From: Lachnospiraceae bacterium
Lineage (GTDB): Bacteria; Bacillota; Clostridia; Lachnospirales; Lachnospiraceae
Direction: 5' to 3'
Length of the DNA: 64,000 bases
Assembly: GCA_024698145.1 (NCBI GenBank)
Contig: JAILRO010000014.1
Coordinates: 8,356-72,355 of the forward strand
Shown here: piece by piece, positions 9,345 to 19,120 of the stretch
Layout of the letters: each line of letters begins with the position of its first letter
Numbering within the stretch: the first letter of the stretch is position 1
Notes under the pieces: generated by a model
What the model saw: the letters and a program-made list of their open reading frames with translations, nothing else
Database searches by the model: none
What the model was told of the DNA's origin: nothing
Position numbers and translations under genes: made by a program

Positions 9345-12020
9345 ATGTTATATAAAAAGATAAAGAGTATCATTTATGATGAAAAGCGCGATTTGCAGGA
9401 GGCAATGTATGTAGTACTCTCTGTTGTATCGGTTGCTGCATGGACTTTGATGTTAATTGAAGATTTGATTCTTGGACAGCGTATAGAGGAAACCGTGTTT
9501 TTGTTTGGCGTTTTGTTTATGTACACAGCTGTGGCTTTGGTTGCAATAAAGCACAACAAAGAAAAAATCGGTTCCGTTTTAGCTGCATTTGGTATGACGT
9601 TATTCTTTCTTCCCTGTTCCTATATTTTTGATGGAGGAATCAGTGGAGACGCACCAATCTGGTTTGTGTATTGTGTGTTCTATGTTACGGTGTGCTTAAG
9701 CGGAAAGAGACGAGTGCTTTTTTATGTGCTTAATGCTTTTTCGGTAATAATATGTTGGTGTATTTCTTATTATGCACCTCATATGATTGAGCAAAAGGAT
9801 ACCCTTGCCGTTCATTTGTATTCATTTAATGCGCTTGTGCTGGTGTGTATATGTATAAGTATTTCGCTTATATTCCAGTCGCGTATGTATCGTCGCGAGG
9901 TGAAGCGTTCGGATGAGCAACGCGTGGAAATCGAGCAGTTAAATCAGGCGCAGAATCAGTTTTTCTCTAATATGAGTCATGAGATTCGTACACCGATTAA
10001 CACGATTGTCGGACTTAATGAAATGATTCTTCGAGAGAATATTTCCGATGAGGTGGCTGAGGATGCTATTAATATTCAATCGGCAAGTAAAATGCTGCTT
10101 CATTTGATAAATGATATTCTTGATATGTCGAAACTTGCATCCGGACAGATGCAGTTGACGCCCGTTGTATATAATGCGGGTGATATGCTTTCGGATATTG
10201 TCGGAATGTTGTGGCTTCGCGCCAAAGAAAAGAAATTAGAGTTTCACATCAACGTTGCACCAGATGTTCCTGCTGAACTTGTAGGTGATGAGGTAAGGAT
10301 TAAGCAGGTGCTTATAAATGTTCTTAATAATGCAATCAAATATACAAGTGAAGGTTCCGTATCTTTGTCCGTTCAGCGTGGTGAATTAAAAGACGGCATG
10401 CTTAATGTAATATATTCCGTAAGTGATACGGGAATGGGAATAAAGAAAGAGAGTATTCCATATCTCTTCACTGCGTTCCGTCGCGTGGATGAGGAGAAAA
10501 ACCGTCATATCGAGGGAACAGGACTTGGACTTTCCATAGTTAAGCAGTTTGTTGACTTGATGGGTGGTAAGATAACCGTTAACAGTATATATACGGAAGG
10601 AACAACATTTATAATCGAAATCCCGCAAAGAATTTCCGGCGATCAGAAGATTGGCGATGTTGATATTGAAGCAAGAAAAGAGATGCACATGCGTCATGAA
10701 CATGTGACGAGATTCGAGGCCCCGGAGGCGAAGGTTTTGGTTGTTGACGATAATGCTTCTAACCTTTTGGTAGTATCAAAACTTTTGCGTAACACAAAGG
10801 TTCAGCTTACAACTGCTTCAAGTGGTGCAGAGGCTTTGCAGAAGACTTTAAATGATCATTATCACGTAATATTCATGGATCACCTTATGCCGGAGATGGA
10901 TGGTATTGAATGTATGAAGGCGATTCGTACGCAGGTCGGCGGACGTTGTAAAGAGTCTAGGATTGTTGCACTTACTGCCAATGCAGGTGGAGACAGTCGC
11001 GCACTTTATGAGAAAGAGGGCTTTGAAGGATATCTTGTAAAACCTATTTCCGGCGATTTATTAGAACGAGAACTATATCGTTTGTTGCCATCGGAGATTA
11101 CCAACCTTATAGGTGATGATGAGGATATATTGCAAGAGACTATCTCTTGGATGAACAAAGGTCAGAGGAAGGTTGCGGTTGCGATTACGACAGAGAGTGT
11201 TGCGGATATAGCGCAGGAGCTTGTCGAGAAGAATGAAATATCATTGTTGCCACACCTTGTTCATACCGAAGAGGGATCATTTAAGGATGGAATTGAAATA
11301 GAGACACAGGGACTTCTTAATTACATGGACGACCCTGACAAAGTAGTTACATACAGTGGTCCTACGGTCAAGGACGAGGAATCATTCTTTGCGGAAAAGC
11401 TGCACGGAGCTAATGATATTATTCATATATCTATTTCCAGTGGACTTGCTAACAGTGGTTATTACACGTCACTCGAGGCTTCGAAAGCATTTGATAATGT
11501 AAAGGTATTTGATACCGGACATCTTTCCAGTGGACAGGGACTTTGCGCGTTAGAGGCGTGCAGGCTTGTTAGGGAAGGTAAAAGACCTGATGAGATTATG
11601 GAAGAGTTGGAACATGTGAGAAATCGTGTCAGCACAAGTTTTGTCGTTGACAATCTTGATTTCCTTGCAAGAGCCGGTCAGGTTAGTCCTCGAATTGCAA
11701 GAATTACAAAGTCAATTATGGCAAGACCTGTTCTTGTTATGAAGAAGGGTGATTTGGGCGTCGGCAGGATATATTTTGGTGCGAGAGAGCGAGCATGGAG
11801 AAAGTATATCGCATCTGTTCTTCGTTATCCAAATGAGATAGATACGAAAATCCTCTTTGTAACATATGTTGGTCTTACCAAGAAAGATATGGATTGGATA
11901 CGTGCACAGATTGAGGATCATATGAAGTTTGAGAAGATATATTTCCAGAAAGCATCGCCGGTTATTGCCGTTAACTGTGGACGCGGAACGTTTGGACTTT
12001 TGTACCTGAGGAAAAAATAA
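9345..12020 (+). CDS. hybrid sensor histidine kinase fused to a C-terminal DegV (fatty-acid-binding) domain
   Basis: Multi-TM N-terminus, H-box 'SNMSHEIRTPIN' (His codon about 9978), 'DTGMGI' and 'GTGLGLSIV', REC 'VLVVDDNASN...FMDHLMPEMDG'. The region from about 11169 matches DegV by eye: 'VAVAITTES','IHISISSGLANSG','VFDTGHLSSGQG','FVVDNLDFLARAGQVS'. Confidence 0.88.
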   Translation: MLYKKIKSIIYDEKRDLQEAMYVVLSVVSVAAWTLMLIEDLILGQRIEETVFLFGVLFMYTAVALVAIKHNKEKIGSVLAAFGMTLFFLPCSYIFDGGISGDAPIWFVYCVFYVTVCLSGKRRVLFYVLNAFSVIICWCISYYAPHMIEQKDTLAVHLYSFNALVLVCICISISLIFQSRMYRREVKRSDEQRVEIEQLNQAQNQFFSNMSHEIRTPINTIVGLNEMILRENISDEVAEDAINIQSASKMLLHLINDILDMSKLASGQMQLTPVVYNAGDMLSDIVGMLWLRAKEKKLEFHINVAPDVPAELVGDEVRIKQVLINVLNNAIKYTSEGSVSLSVQRGELKDGMLNVIYSVSDTGMGIKKESIPYLFTAFRRVDEEKNRHIEGTGLGLSIVKQFVDLMGGKITVNSIYTEGTTFIIEIPQRISGDQKIGDVDIEARKEMHMRHEHVTRFEAPEAKVLVVDDNASNLLVVSKLLRNTKVQLTTASSGAEALQKTLNDHYHVIFMDHLMPEMDGIECMKAIRTQVGGRCKESRIVALTANAGGDSRALYEKEGFEGYLVKPISGDLLERELYRLLPSEITNLIGDDEDILQETISWMNKGQRKVAVAITTESVADIAQELVEKNEISLLPHLVHTEEGSFKDGIEIETQGLLNYMDDPDKVVTYSGPTVKDEESFFAEKLHGANDIIHISISSGLANSGYYTSLEASKAFDNVKVFDTGHLSSGQGLCALEACRLVREGKRPDEIMEELEHVRNRVSTSFVVDNLDFLARAGQVSPRIARITKSIMARPVLVMKKGDLGVGRIYFGARERAWRKYIASVLRYPNEIDTKILFVTYVGLTKKDMDWIRAQIEDHMKFEKIYFQKASPVIAVNCGRGTFGLLYLRKK

Positions 12021-12117
12021 TTACTATGCAAATGATAGGCTTTATGTTTGTATGTATCCATGCGAAGGCATAAGTTAATTATGTAACGTGCTTGAAATGT
12101 AAAGGAGGAATGGAGAA

Positions 12118-12712
12118 ATGAAGTTATTGAAAAAGACCGGCATGAACAAAATGTTGGCGATTGTAACTATTTTAATGATGGCAATAGGTTATTGGTCTTG
12201 TACCGACTGTTGCTAAGGCGGAAACGGTGGAACCGGAAGGGTATGATTGGACTATTAGGATTATGAATGCTGAGAGTTCCGGAAAGCCTTGCATTAAATA
12301 TATGAGTGGTGCTCCGTCAGCAGGTTCATACGAGATTAAATTATATGAGTTTAAGGATGATGCATGAGTTTTTGTGGGGAGCATCAATAAAAGTTACCTT
12401 AATCCGAGTGATATTTTAAAGTATAACGGACATGATTGGAGTGATCCGGATCCTGTAACAAAAGCAAGAAAATGTAATTATTGTGGCAAGGTTAATATCA
12501 AGTTCAAGAAAGCAAAGAACGCATATAAGTATAAGATAGAGAAGAGACCGGGAAGCGGTACAACCATGAATGATTCATGGATTACTACTAAGACAAATAA
12601 CAATTATGAGATGTGGTTTAAGGGCGGTACCGGTAAGGTAACTGTCAAGATAACACCATATAGCAAAGAGGGTATCAAGGGTAAGACAATTAAGAAGACA
12701 ATAAGAATTTAG
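12118..12712 (+). pseudogene. disrupted gene for a small secreted protein (frameshift in signal peptide plus in-frame TGA)
   Basis: ATG at 12118 after a GGAGG RBS encodes 'MKLLKKTGMNKMLAIVTILMMAIG' and stops at 12214-12216. The +1 frame continues the signal peptide ('LVPTVAKA/ETVEPEGY...') to a TGA at 12365-12367, then reads on in the same frame as the 12374-12712 ORF. Confidence 0.45.
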
Positions 12713-12749
12713 TTTTCCTCATATCTTTGTCTCGTTGTACGGAGGACAT

Positions 12750-12977
12750 ATGAACGCAAAAAAAATACTGATAGTGGTAGGCTTAATTCTTTTTGGTGTG
12801 GCGGCAACATTTACCCGCGTGCGCTATCCGAATCGTTTTCGCAATGAGGATGCGGTTGTGTCGGCAGAGAAAATGTGCCCTAACTGCGGAGGCGCATTCA
12901 CACCTGATGAGAAGGGTAATTGTAAGTTCTGCGGAAAGTTTCTTTTCAGGGATAATGTTAAGTGGAAACGGGTATGA
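12750..12977 (+). CDS. small membrane-anchored zinc-ribbon protein (75 aa)
   Basis: ATG at 12750 lies 5 nt after a GGAGG. N-terminal TM helix 'ILIVVGLILFGVAATF' and a 'CPNCG...CKFCG' zinc ribbon. A terminator follows directly. Confidence 0.6.
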   Translation: MNAKKILIVVGLILFGVAATFTRVRYPNRFRNEDAVVSAEKMCPNCGGAFTPDEKGNCKFCGKFLFRDNVKWKRV

Positions 12978-13001
12978 GATTAAGTCTCATACCCGTTTTT
13001 G
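12967..13001 (+). terminator. intrinsic terminator
   Basis: 13-bp stem AACGGGTATGAGA/TCTCATACCCGTT, loop TTAAG, then a T-run. The stem overlaps the stop codon. Confidence 0.8.
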
Positions 13002-13023
13002 TCATTTGTGGGAAATGTCGTAT

Positions 13024-13052
13024 TTGTCAATGAAACGATTATAAGGTATAAT
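13024..13052 (+). promoter_or_regulatory. sigma-A type promoter (TTGTCA-17-TATAAT)
   Basis: -35 TTGTCA at 13024-13029, a 17-nt spacer, and -10 TATAAT at 13047-13052. It lies about 165 nt upstream of the 13220 ORF. Confidence 0.5.
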
Positions 13053-13219
13053 GCATCTAGTATGAAAAAAGAGTGTGAAATAGATATCTGCTTTACGGTA
13101 ACCAGTGTAATAATCATGGTAAGAAATATAATTACAAATACGTTACAACAATAAAAGCATCGAAAAGCACATATGTAAATGTGACAGTAGAATAATTACT
13201 CTATGGGGAGGATTACATT

Positions 13220-13678
13220 ATGGGTTACAGATTTTATGGTTGGGAGACTGCTGTCGTTCCGGCAAAGACGAAGGGATACAAAGGAATTGAAACACCGCAG
13301 GATTTGTACGACGCACTCACAAAGGTGTGGTGCGAGTACACCTGTGCACCACGTCTTAGAAATGAGTGGAGCGAGGATAATATTACGCTCGGACAGTGTT
13401 CCATTACTGCATTTTTAGTGCAGGACATCTTCGGTGGCGAAGTGTATGGAATACAAAGACCTGGTGGCAATTATCATTGTTATAATGTCGTTGATGGCGC
13501 GGTATTTGACCTTACAAGCGAGCAGTTCGGGGATGAGGTTCTCTCTTACGAGGACAATCCTATACAGACGAGAGAGGAACATTTTGCCAAAGAAGAGAAA
13601 AGACAGCGATATGAGTTCCTTTGCGTTTCGCTTACAAAGTATCTTGAGGGTCATATTCCGACCTCGTGTAAGAAATAA
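13220..13678 (+). CDS. hypothetical cytosolic protein (152 aa)
   Basis: ATG after a GGGGAGG RBS, with coding-like composition. I cannot assign a family with confidence. Confidence 0.6.
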   Translation: MGYRFYGWETAVVPAKTKGYKGIETPQDLYDALTKVWCEYTCAPRLRNEWSEDNITLGQCSITAFLVQDIFGGEVYGIQRPGGNYHCYNVVDGAVFDLTSEQFGDEVLSYEDNPIQTREEHFAKEEKRQRYEFLCVSLTKYLEGHIPTSCKK

Positions 13679-13791
13679 GGTTACGTTAAGGTTTTGAGAT
13701 TTTTACAGAAAGATAATTATGTTAGTATGTAAAATGCAAACACATATAATAAATACTAGTGAAATGATTTGCAGGTTATGAGGAGTTATTT

Positions 13792-14700
13792 ATGTTGAAA
13801 TTAGGTTGTCACGTCGGAATGAGCGGCAAGGATATGATGCTTGGTTCCGTCAAAGAAGCAATAAGCTATGGTGCAAATGTGTTCATGCTATACACGGGCG
13901 CACCACAGAACACACGAAGAAAGGATTTGTCCGAACTTAAGATTGATGAGGCACGTGCCCTTATGGAAGAGGCAGGGATTAACGAGTTTGTTGTTCATGC
14001 TCCGTATATAATCAATCTTGCCAATTGCGTTAAGCCGGAGACCTTTCAGATTGCCGTTGAGTTCCTTGAACTTGAACTTAAGAGAACGGAAGCTATGGGG
14101 GCAACAGAACTCATACTTCACCCGGGTTCGCACGTGGGCGAGGGCGTTGAGAAAGGCGTAGCCCAGATTATCAAGGGAATAAATGAAGTACTAACGCAAG
14201 ATACCAAGGTGCACATTGCACTTGAGACAATGGCAGGTAAGGGAAGCGAGATTGGAAGAAGCTTTGAAGAACTTGCTATGATATATGATGGCGTTAAGTA
14301 TAACGACAAATTAAGAGTGTGCTTCGACACGTGCCATACTAATGATGCCGGCTATGATATAGTCAATGATTTTGACGGTGTTATCGAGCAGTTTGATGAG
14401 ATAATCGGCAAAGACCAGATTACGGTCTTCCATATCAATGACAGTAAGAATGAACGAGGTGCAGGCAAAGACCGCCATGAGAACTTCGGTTTCGGACATA
14501 TCGGATTCGATGCACTTTCGTATATAGTTAACCACAAGGATTTCGAGAACGTACCGAAGATTCTCGAAACACCATACGTCAAAGATCCGGATGATGCCAA
14601 GAAAGCATATCCACCATACAAACACGAAATCGCCATGATCCGTTCGGGAGCATTTTCTCCCGACCTTATCGAGAGGATACTTGAAGAATCAAAGAATTAG
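13792..14700 (+). CDS. nfo: deoxyribonuclease IV (endonuclease IV)
   Basis: 302 aa. TIM-barrel AP-endonuclease 2 motifs 'HAPYIINL','HPGSH','ETMAGKG','CFDTCH','HINDSKN...[17 protein letters not shown]'. Confidence 0.93.
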   Translation: MLKLGCHVGMSGKDMMLGSVKEAISYGANVFMLYTGAPQNTRRKDLSELKIDEARALMEEAGINEFVVHAPYIINLANCVKPETFQIAVEFLELELKRTEAMGATELILHPGSHVGEGVEKGVAQIIKGINEVLTQDTKVHIALETMAGKGSEIGRSFEELAMIYDGVKYNDKLRVCFDTCHTNDAGYDIVNDFDGVIEQFDEIIGKDQITVFHINDSKNERGAGKDRHENFGFGHIGFDALSYIVNHKDFENVPKILETPYVKDPDDAKKAYPPYKHEIAMIRSGAFSPDLIERILEESKN

Positions 14701-14744
14701 ATAATGTTATCATAAGTAACTACACAATCAAGAAAAACTATATT

Positions 14745-14888
14745 GCGTTGTGTATATTATGCAGATTCTACAAGCAGGTGCTTATAAGCCGCCGGCACTT
14801 AACGAGCATGAAATGCGAGTTTAGTACCGCTGCGTGCGCATAGCAGTGAGAACGTGCCTGCGGTGGAACTGCATAATATGCACAACGT
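14745..14888 (+). repeat. structured intergenic repeat element, copy B
   Basis: The core 'GCCGCCGGCACTTAACGA..GAGTTTAGTACCGCTGCG..GAGAACGTGCCTGCGG' is enclosed by the complementary ends 'gcgttgtgtatattatgcag' and 'ctgcataatatgcacaacgt'. Apical hairpin is GCAT-GAA-ATGC. Confidence 0.75.
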
Positions 14889-14923
14889 AAAAAAGAAGTA
14901 TCGATATTGCAGAAGGAGAGAAA

Positions 14924-15607
14924 ATGTCAAGTTTAATTGAAGTTTCCGACATGTACAAAATATATAATCCCGGTGAGAACGAAGTCCATGCTTTAGATGG
15001 AATTAGTTTTAGCGTCAATGAGGGTGAGTTCGTGGCAATAGTCGGTCATTCCGGTTCGGGTAAGTCCACCCTTATGAACATGCTGGGATGTCTGGATGTT
15101 CCCACAGCAGGAACTTACATATTGAATGGCCGTGACGTGTCGGATCTTACCGATAACGAATTGTCAGAAGTAAGAAATGAATATATAGGGTTCATTTTCC
15201 AGGGATTCAATCTTATACCGAATCTTACCGCTATCGAGAATGTAGAGCTTCCTCTTATATACAGGCACGTTGATAGGAATAAGAGAAGAAAACTTGCAGA
15301 GGATGCGCTGGAAAAGGTAGGGCTTGGCAATCGTATGAAACACAAACCCGCGGAGATGTCCGGAGGACAGCAACAACGTGTGGCGATTGCAAGAGCGATA
15401 GCTGCTACGCCACCTCTTATATTGGCCGATGAGCCTACAGGTAATCTTGATTCAAAGTCCACGAAGGACATTATGAATATTTTGAATGAGTTAAATGAGC
15501 AAGGGAATACAATAGTTCTTATCACTCATGATGACGGAATTGCGGCAAACGCCAAACGTGTTGTGAGGATTATGGACGGTAAAATAGAAGAAGATATTAC
15601 AAGGTAG
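14924..15607 (+). CDS. ABC transporter ATP-binding protein (MacB/LolD-type)
   Basis: Walker A 'GHSGSGKST', signature '[14 protein letters not shown]', Walker B '[11 protein letters not shown]'. Confidence 0.9.
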   Translation: MSSLIEVSDMYKIYNPGENEVHALDGISFSVNEGEFVAIVGHSGSGKSTLMNMLGCLDVPTAGTYILNGRDVSDLTDNELSEVRNEYIGFIFQGFNLIPNLTAIENVELPLIYRHVDRNKRRKLAEDALEKVGLGNRMKHKPAEMSGGQQQRVAIARAIAATPPLILADEPTGNLDSKSTKDIMNILNELNEQGNTIVLITHDDGIAANAKRVVRIMDGKIEEDITR

Positions 15608-15638
15608 AGAATCGTTTTGATTATAACAGGAGGAGAAT

Positions 15639-17207
15639 ATGTATAACGAAAACGAGAACAACGTGGAATTGAATGAGGCAGCAGGAGTTATATCGGACAC
15701 GAAAGAGACTGTCCCAAGCGCGAAGGCGGTTAAGAAGAAAAAACCGAAAAAGAAACTTCCGGTATGGGCGATTGTTTTGATTGTTGTAGGATGCTTTGCT
15801 GTTTTTGGTGGACTTTGTTTTTCAGGATACAATGCATATAAGAAAATGCAGGAAGCCATGAAGCAGGCAATGGAAGATATGAATGACGCCGGTATCTACA
15901 AAGTTGAAAAGATAGATATTGAGCAGGAAATATCAACAACCGGTACCACGGTTGGATTGGAATCGGATGCATATACTTCTCCGGTAACAGCCAAGGTTGA
16001 TAACATCAATGTTGAGGTTGGACAGACCATTCACAAGGGTGATGTACTTCTGACATATGATACTTCTGACTTGGGAGAGAATTTAACCAAGGTTAAGATT
16101 CAGGCACGTTCGGATCAGGCTGCTTCTAATCAGAGCTTTGAGACTGCTGATGAGGCTGCTGACAAGACAAAAGATGCCAAGAAGAAAGCAAAGAAATACA
16201 AAGGTCAGGTTGATGACGTTAAGAAGGACATAGAGAAGATAAACGACAGTCTTACAGCATATCAGGATAAACTTGCAGAGATTGAGGCAGCCAATGCCAA
16301 GGAAGAAACGAAGGCGGCTGTTCCGGATGATAAGGGAACAACAAGAGAGCCGAAGCTTCAGAGCACAAAGGAACTCAAAGAAAATATACGTGCTCTTAAC
16401 AAAAAGCTTACGAAGAAAAATGAAGAACTTGCAGACAAGCAGGCAAAACTTACAGAACAGCAGACAATAGTATCTGCTAATAAGGATGTCAAGGTGTCAG
16501 AGAGCACCAAGGCACAGGTTAGTGCTACAAGAGAATTGTCACAGCTTACAATAGATGCGGCTCAAGAGTCTCTTGATGAAGGTGAAGCAGGAATTGTTGC
16601 GGAGAAAGACGGCGTAGTCACAGATGTAAATATCATCAAGGGTGCGTATGCAAGTGAGACACAGACATTGTTTACTGTAGTTGATGCGGAAAAGATTGGT
16701 GTTGAGTTCTCCATTTCGAAAGACAATCTCGGTGCTATCGTTCCCGGACAGAAGGCGCGTGTTGTAATAGGAAGCAAGCAGTACGAAGGAACTGTTGATT
16801 ATGTAAGCCGTGTTGCTTCGGTTGAAAAGAGTATAAGCGGAGGAAATGCAACAGGCGGAAGCATACAGGGAAAGATAACCATTGATAATCCGGACGAGAA
16901 TCTTTTCATCGGTGTTGCGTCAAAGGTATATGTGTTTGTCGGAAAAAGCGAGCAGACATTTGGCGTACCATATGAAGCACTTTGTACCGATATCAAAGGC
17001 GATTACGTATTCGTTGTTGATAAGGACAATATAATCCACAGAAAAGACGTGACTATCGGAATATATTCTGATGAATATTACGAGGTTGTTGAGGGACTTT
17101 CCGAAGGTGACAAGGTTATCAAAAATGTTACCAAGGACATGAAGGATGGCGACACATACACACCGGCAGCGACAATGATGCCGGGAATGACAGGAATGGC
17201 ACAGTAA
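15639..17207 (+). CDS. HlyD/MacA-family periplasmic adaptor with long coiled-coil
   Basis: N-terminal TM anchor, a Lys/Ala/Glu-rich coiled-coil (about aa 150-300), and a C-terminal beta-barrel region ('GQKARVVIG','VPYEAL'). It sits between the ATPase and the FtsX-type permease. Confidence 0.8.
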   Translation: MYNENENNVELNEAAGVISDTKETVPSAKAVKKKKPKKKLPVWAIVLIVVGCFAVFGGLCFSGYNAYKKMQEAMKQAMEDMNDAGIYKVEKIDIEQEISTTGTTVGLESDAYTSPVTAKVDNINVEVGQTIHKGDVLLTYDTSDLGENLTKVKIQARSDQAASNQSFETADEAADKTKDAKKKAKKYKGQVDDVKKDIEKINDSLTAYQDKLAEIEAANAKEETKAAVPDDKGTTREPKLQSTKELKENIRALNKKLTKKNEELADKQAKLTEQQTIVSANKDVKVSESTKAQVSATRELSQLTIDAAQESLDEGEAGIVAEKDGVVTDVNIIKGAYASETQTLFTVVDAEKIGVEFSISKDNLGAIVPGQKARVVIGSKQYEGTVDYVSRVASVEKSISGGNATGGSIQGKITIDNPDENLFIGVASKVYVFVGKSEQTFGVPYEALCTDIKGDYVFVVDKDNIIHRKDVTIGIYSDEYYEVVEGLSEGDKVIKNVTKDMKDGDTYTPAATMMPGMTGMAQ

Positions 17208-17234
17208 TGTGGTGCATAAAATAGGAGCAGATAC

Positions 17235-18473
17235 ATGACTCAATTAGTGGAATATGTAAAAATGGCGCTCAAGAATATATGGGCGAATAAGATAAGAACA
17301 CTTCTTACCATGCTTGGTATTATAATAGGTATATCTTCGGTCATTCTTATCATTTCGGTTGGTAACGGTGCGACAGGCCTTATTACTTCTGAACTTGGTG
17401 CATTAGGAAAAGGACAAATTGGATTTGCCGTAACGGATGATCAGGAAAAATACCTTATAACACAGGATGACCTCAAAGCAATCCGTCAGATGGATGGAGT
17501 TAAGGCGGCGACCGGACAGGTCTTCTATGAGGGAACAACCAAGACAAAGAGGGATGAGTTCAAAGTTAATTTCATTGGTATAGACCAGGATGGTTTTTCT
17601 TTCCTCGAATCTGAATTCGTTAAAGGAAGACAATACACGGAAAGAGAAGCGGATGAAGGCAAGAAGGTTTGTGTAATAAGTGAAGATGATGCAATGAAGT
17701 TCTATGGCTCGACAGATGTTGTCGGCATGGAAATCACTGTAACACTTTATGAAAAATACGATGTCAACCTTTCGATCATCGGTGTTACCAAGTCAAAGGA
17801 TGAGAATAATAAGATTACATCAATGCTTACCGATCCGACAGCGCAGATTATAGTTCCGACCAATACATTCGGTAACGCGTTAGGATTTGATGTTGCATCT
17901 GAACTTAGTGAGTTCTACGTGCTCAAAGAGGATGACGCAGACGCCAAGGAGATTACAGATAAGGTTGTTGAATACCTAGAGACTACTCATCATGCAAAGG
18001 GCAAAGATGTATATTTCTTCCAGAGTTTTGACGATATCATGAAGACGGTTAACAAGATTATCAATCTTATTACAGTGTTTGTAGCATTTGTTGCTTCGGT
18101 ATCATTGCTTGTTGGTGGTATTGGTGTTATGAACATCATGCTTGTATCAGTTACCGAGCGTACAAGGGAAATCGGTATAAGAAAGGCACTTGGTGCCAAG
18201 ACGGGTTCGATTACATTGCAGTTCCTTGCAGAGTCAGCATTTATCACGCTGATAGGAGGAATTCTTGGAATACTTGCCGGAGTGGCAGGCGCATGGATGA
18301 TAGCCGCTGTAATCGCCAAGGTTGTACCGGGCGTTAAGTTCTATCCGGTGCTTTCACTTAAGACTGTGCTTGGGGCATCGCTGTTCTCGTCAGCAGTCGG
18401 TATATTCTTCGGAATCTATCCTGCAAGAAAGGCAGCCAAGTTAAGCCCGATTGAAGCATTAAGACATGAGTGA
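17235..18473 (+). CDS. ABC transporter permease (MacB_PCD + FtsX domain)
   Basis: 412 aa. N-terminal TM, a large extracytoplasmic domain, and a C-terminal FtsX-like 3-TM bundle with 'ERTREIGIRKALGA'. Confidence 0.88.
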   Translation: MTQLVEYVKMALKNIWANKIRTLLTMLGIIIGISSVILIISVGNGATGLITSELGALGKGQIGFAVTDDQEKYLITQDDLKAIRQMDGVKAATGQVFYEGTTKTKRDEFKVNFIGIDQDGFSFLESEFVKGRQYTEREADEGKKVCVISEDDAMKFYGSTDVVGMEITVTLYEKYDVNLSIIGVTKSKDENNKITSMLTDPTAQIIVPTNTFGNALGFDVASELSEFYVLKEDDADAKEITDKVVEYLETTHHAKGKDVYFFQSFDDIMKTVNKIINLITVFVAFVASVSLLVGGIGVMNIMLVSVTERTREIGIRKALGAKTGSITLQFLAESAFITLIGGILGILAGVAGAWMIAAVIAKVVPGVKFYPVLSLKTVLGASLFSSAVGIFFGIYPARKAAKLSPIEALRHE

Positions 18474-18515
18474 TGATGAGCACATATGTCTTACATATTA
18501 ATATAGAAGATATAG

Positions 18516-18559
18516 AAAAAAGAGGAATTCGTATAAATATTACGAATTCCTTTTTTTTT
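18516..18559 (+). terminator. intrinsic terminator
   Basis: Stem GGAATTCGTA/TACGAATTCC, a 7-nt loop, then T9. Confidence 0.85.
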
Positions 18560-18571
18560 GAGAAATTCTTC

Positions 18572-18600
18572 TTGACACTAGGTATTTGCTTGGCTATAAT
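18572..18600 (+). promoter_or_regulatory. str operon promoter (consensus TTGACA-17-TATAAT)
   Basis: -35 TTGACA at 18572-18577 and -10 TATAAT at 18595-18600 with an exact 17-nt spacer, about 100 nt upstream of rpsL. Confidence 0.7.
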
Positions 18601-18700
18601 GATTAAGCATGTGCGAAATCCACAGGGATAGTGCGCCTTGCACAATGCATATCGTTGGTTAAAGCGATATTGTAAATATAAAATACAGGAGGTGAAAAAC

Positions 18701-19120
18701 ATGCCTACATTTAACCAGTTAGTTCGTAAAGGAAGACAGACAGTAGAAAAGAAGTCAACTGCTCCTGCTTTGCTTAGAGGTTACAACTCTTTGAAGAAGA
18801 AACCTACAGCAACAGCTTCACCACAGAAGCGTGGTGTTTGTACTGCAGTTAAGACAGCTACACCTAAGAAACCTAACTCAGCTCTTCGTAAGATTGCCAG
18901 AGTTCGTCTTTCCAATGGTATCGAGGTAACCAGCTACATCCCAGGTGAAGGTCACAACCTTCAGGAGCATAGCGTTGTTATGATCCGTGGTGGTAGAGTA
19001 AAGGACTTACCAGGTACAAGATATCACATCATCCGTGGTACATTGGATACAGCAGGTGTTGCTAAGAGACGTCAGGCCCGTTCTAAGTACGGTGCTAAGA
19101 GACCTAAGGATGCAAAGTAA
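18701..19120 (+). CDS. rpsL: 30S ribosomal protein S12
   Basis: '[12 protein letters not shown]...' begins at the ATG at 18701, 7 nt after AGGAGG. The ORF-track start at 18638 is an upstream in-frame extension. Confidence 0.97.
   Translation: MPTFNQLVRKGRQTVEKKSTAPALLRGYNSLKKKPTATASPQKRGVCTAVKTATPKKPNSALRKIARVRLSNGIEVTSYIPGEGHNLQEHSVVMIRGGRVKDLPGTRYHIIRGTLDTAGVAKRRQARSKYGAKRPKDAK

Noticed and set aside
12365-12367. In-frame TGA as selenocysteine or programmed read-through
   Set aside because: I saw no SECIS-like hairpin immediately downstream and no sel genes in the window. The same gene also needs a frameshift 180 nt upstream. Gene decay or sequencing error is the simpler explanation.
12793-13044. 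83-aa ORF overlapping the zinc-ribbon gene in another frame
   Set aside because: It has no RBS. It runs through the terminator hairpin and is Arg/Cys-rich, as expected for an out-of-frame translation.
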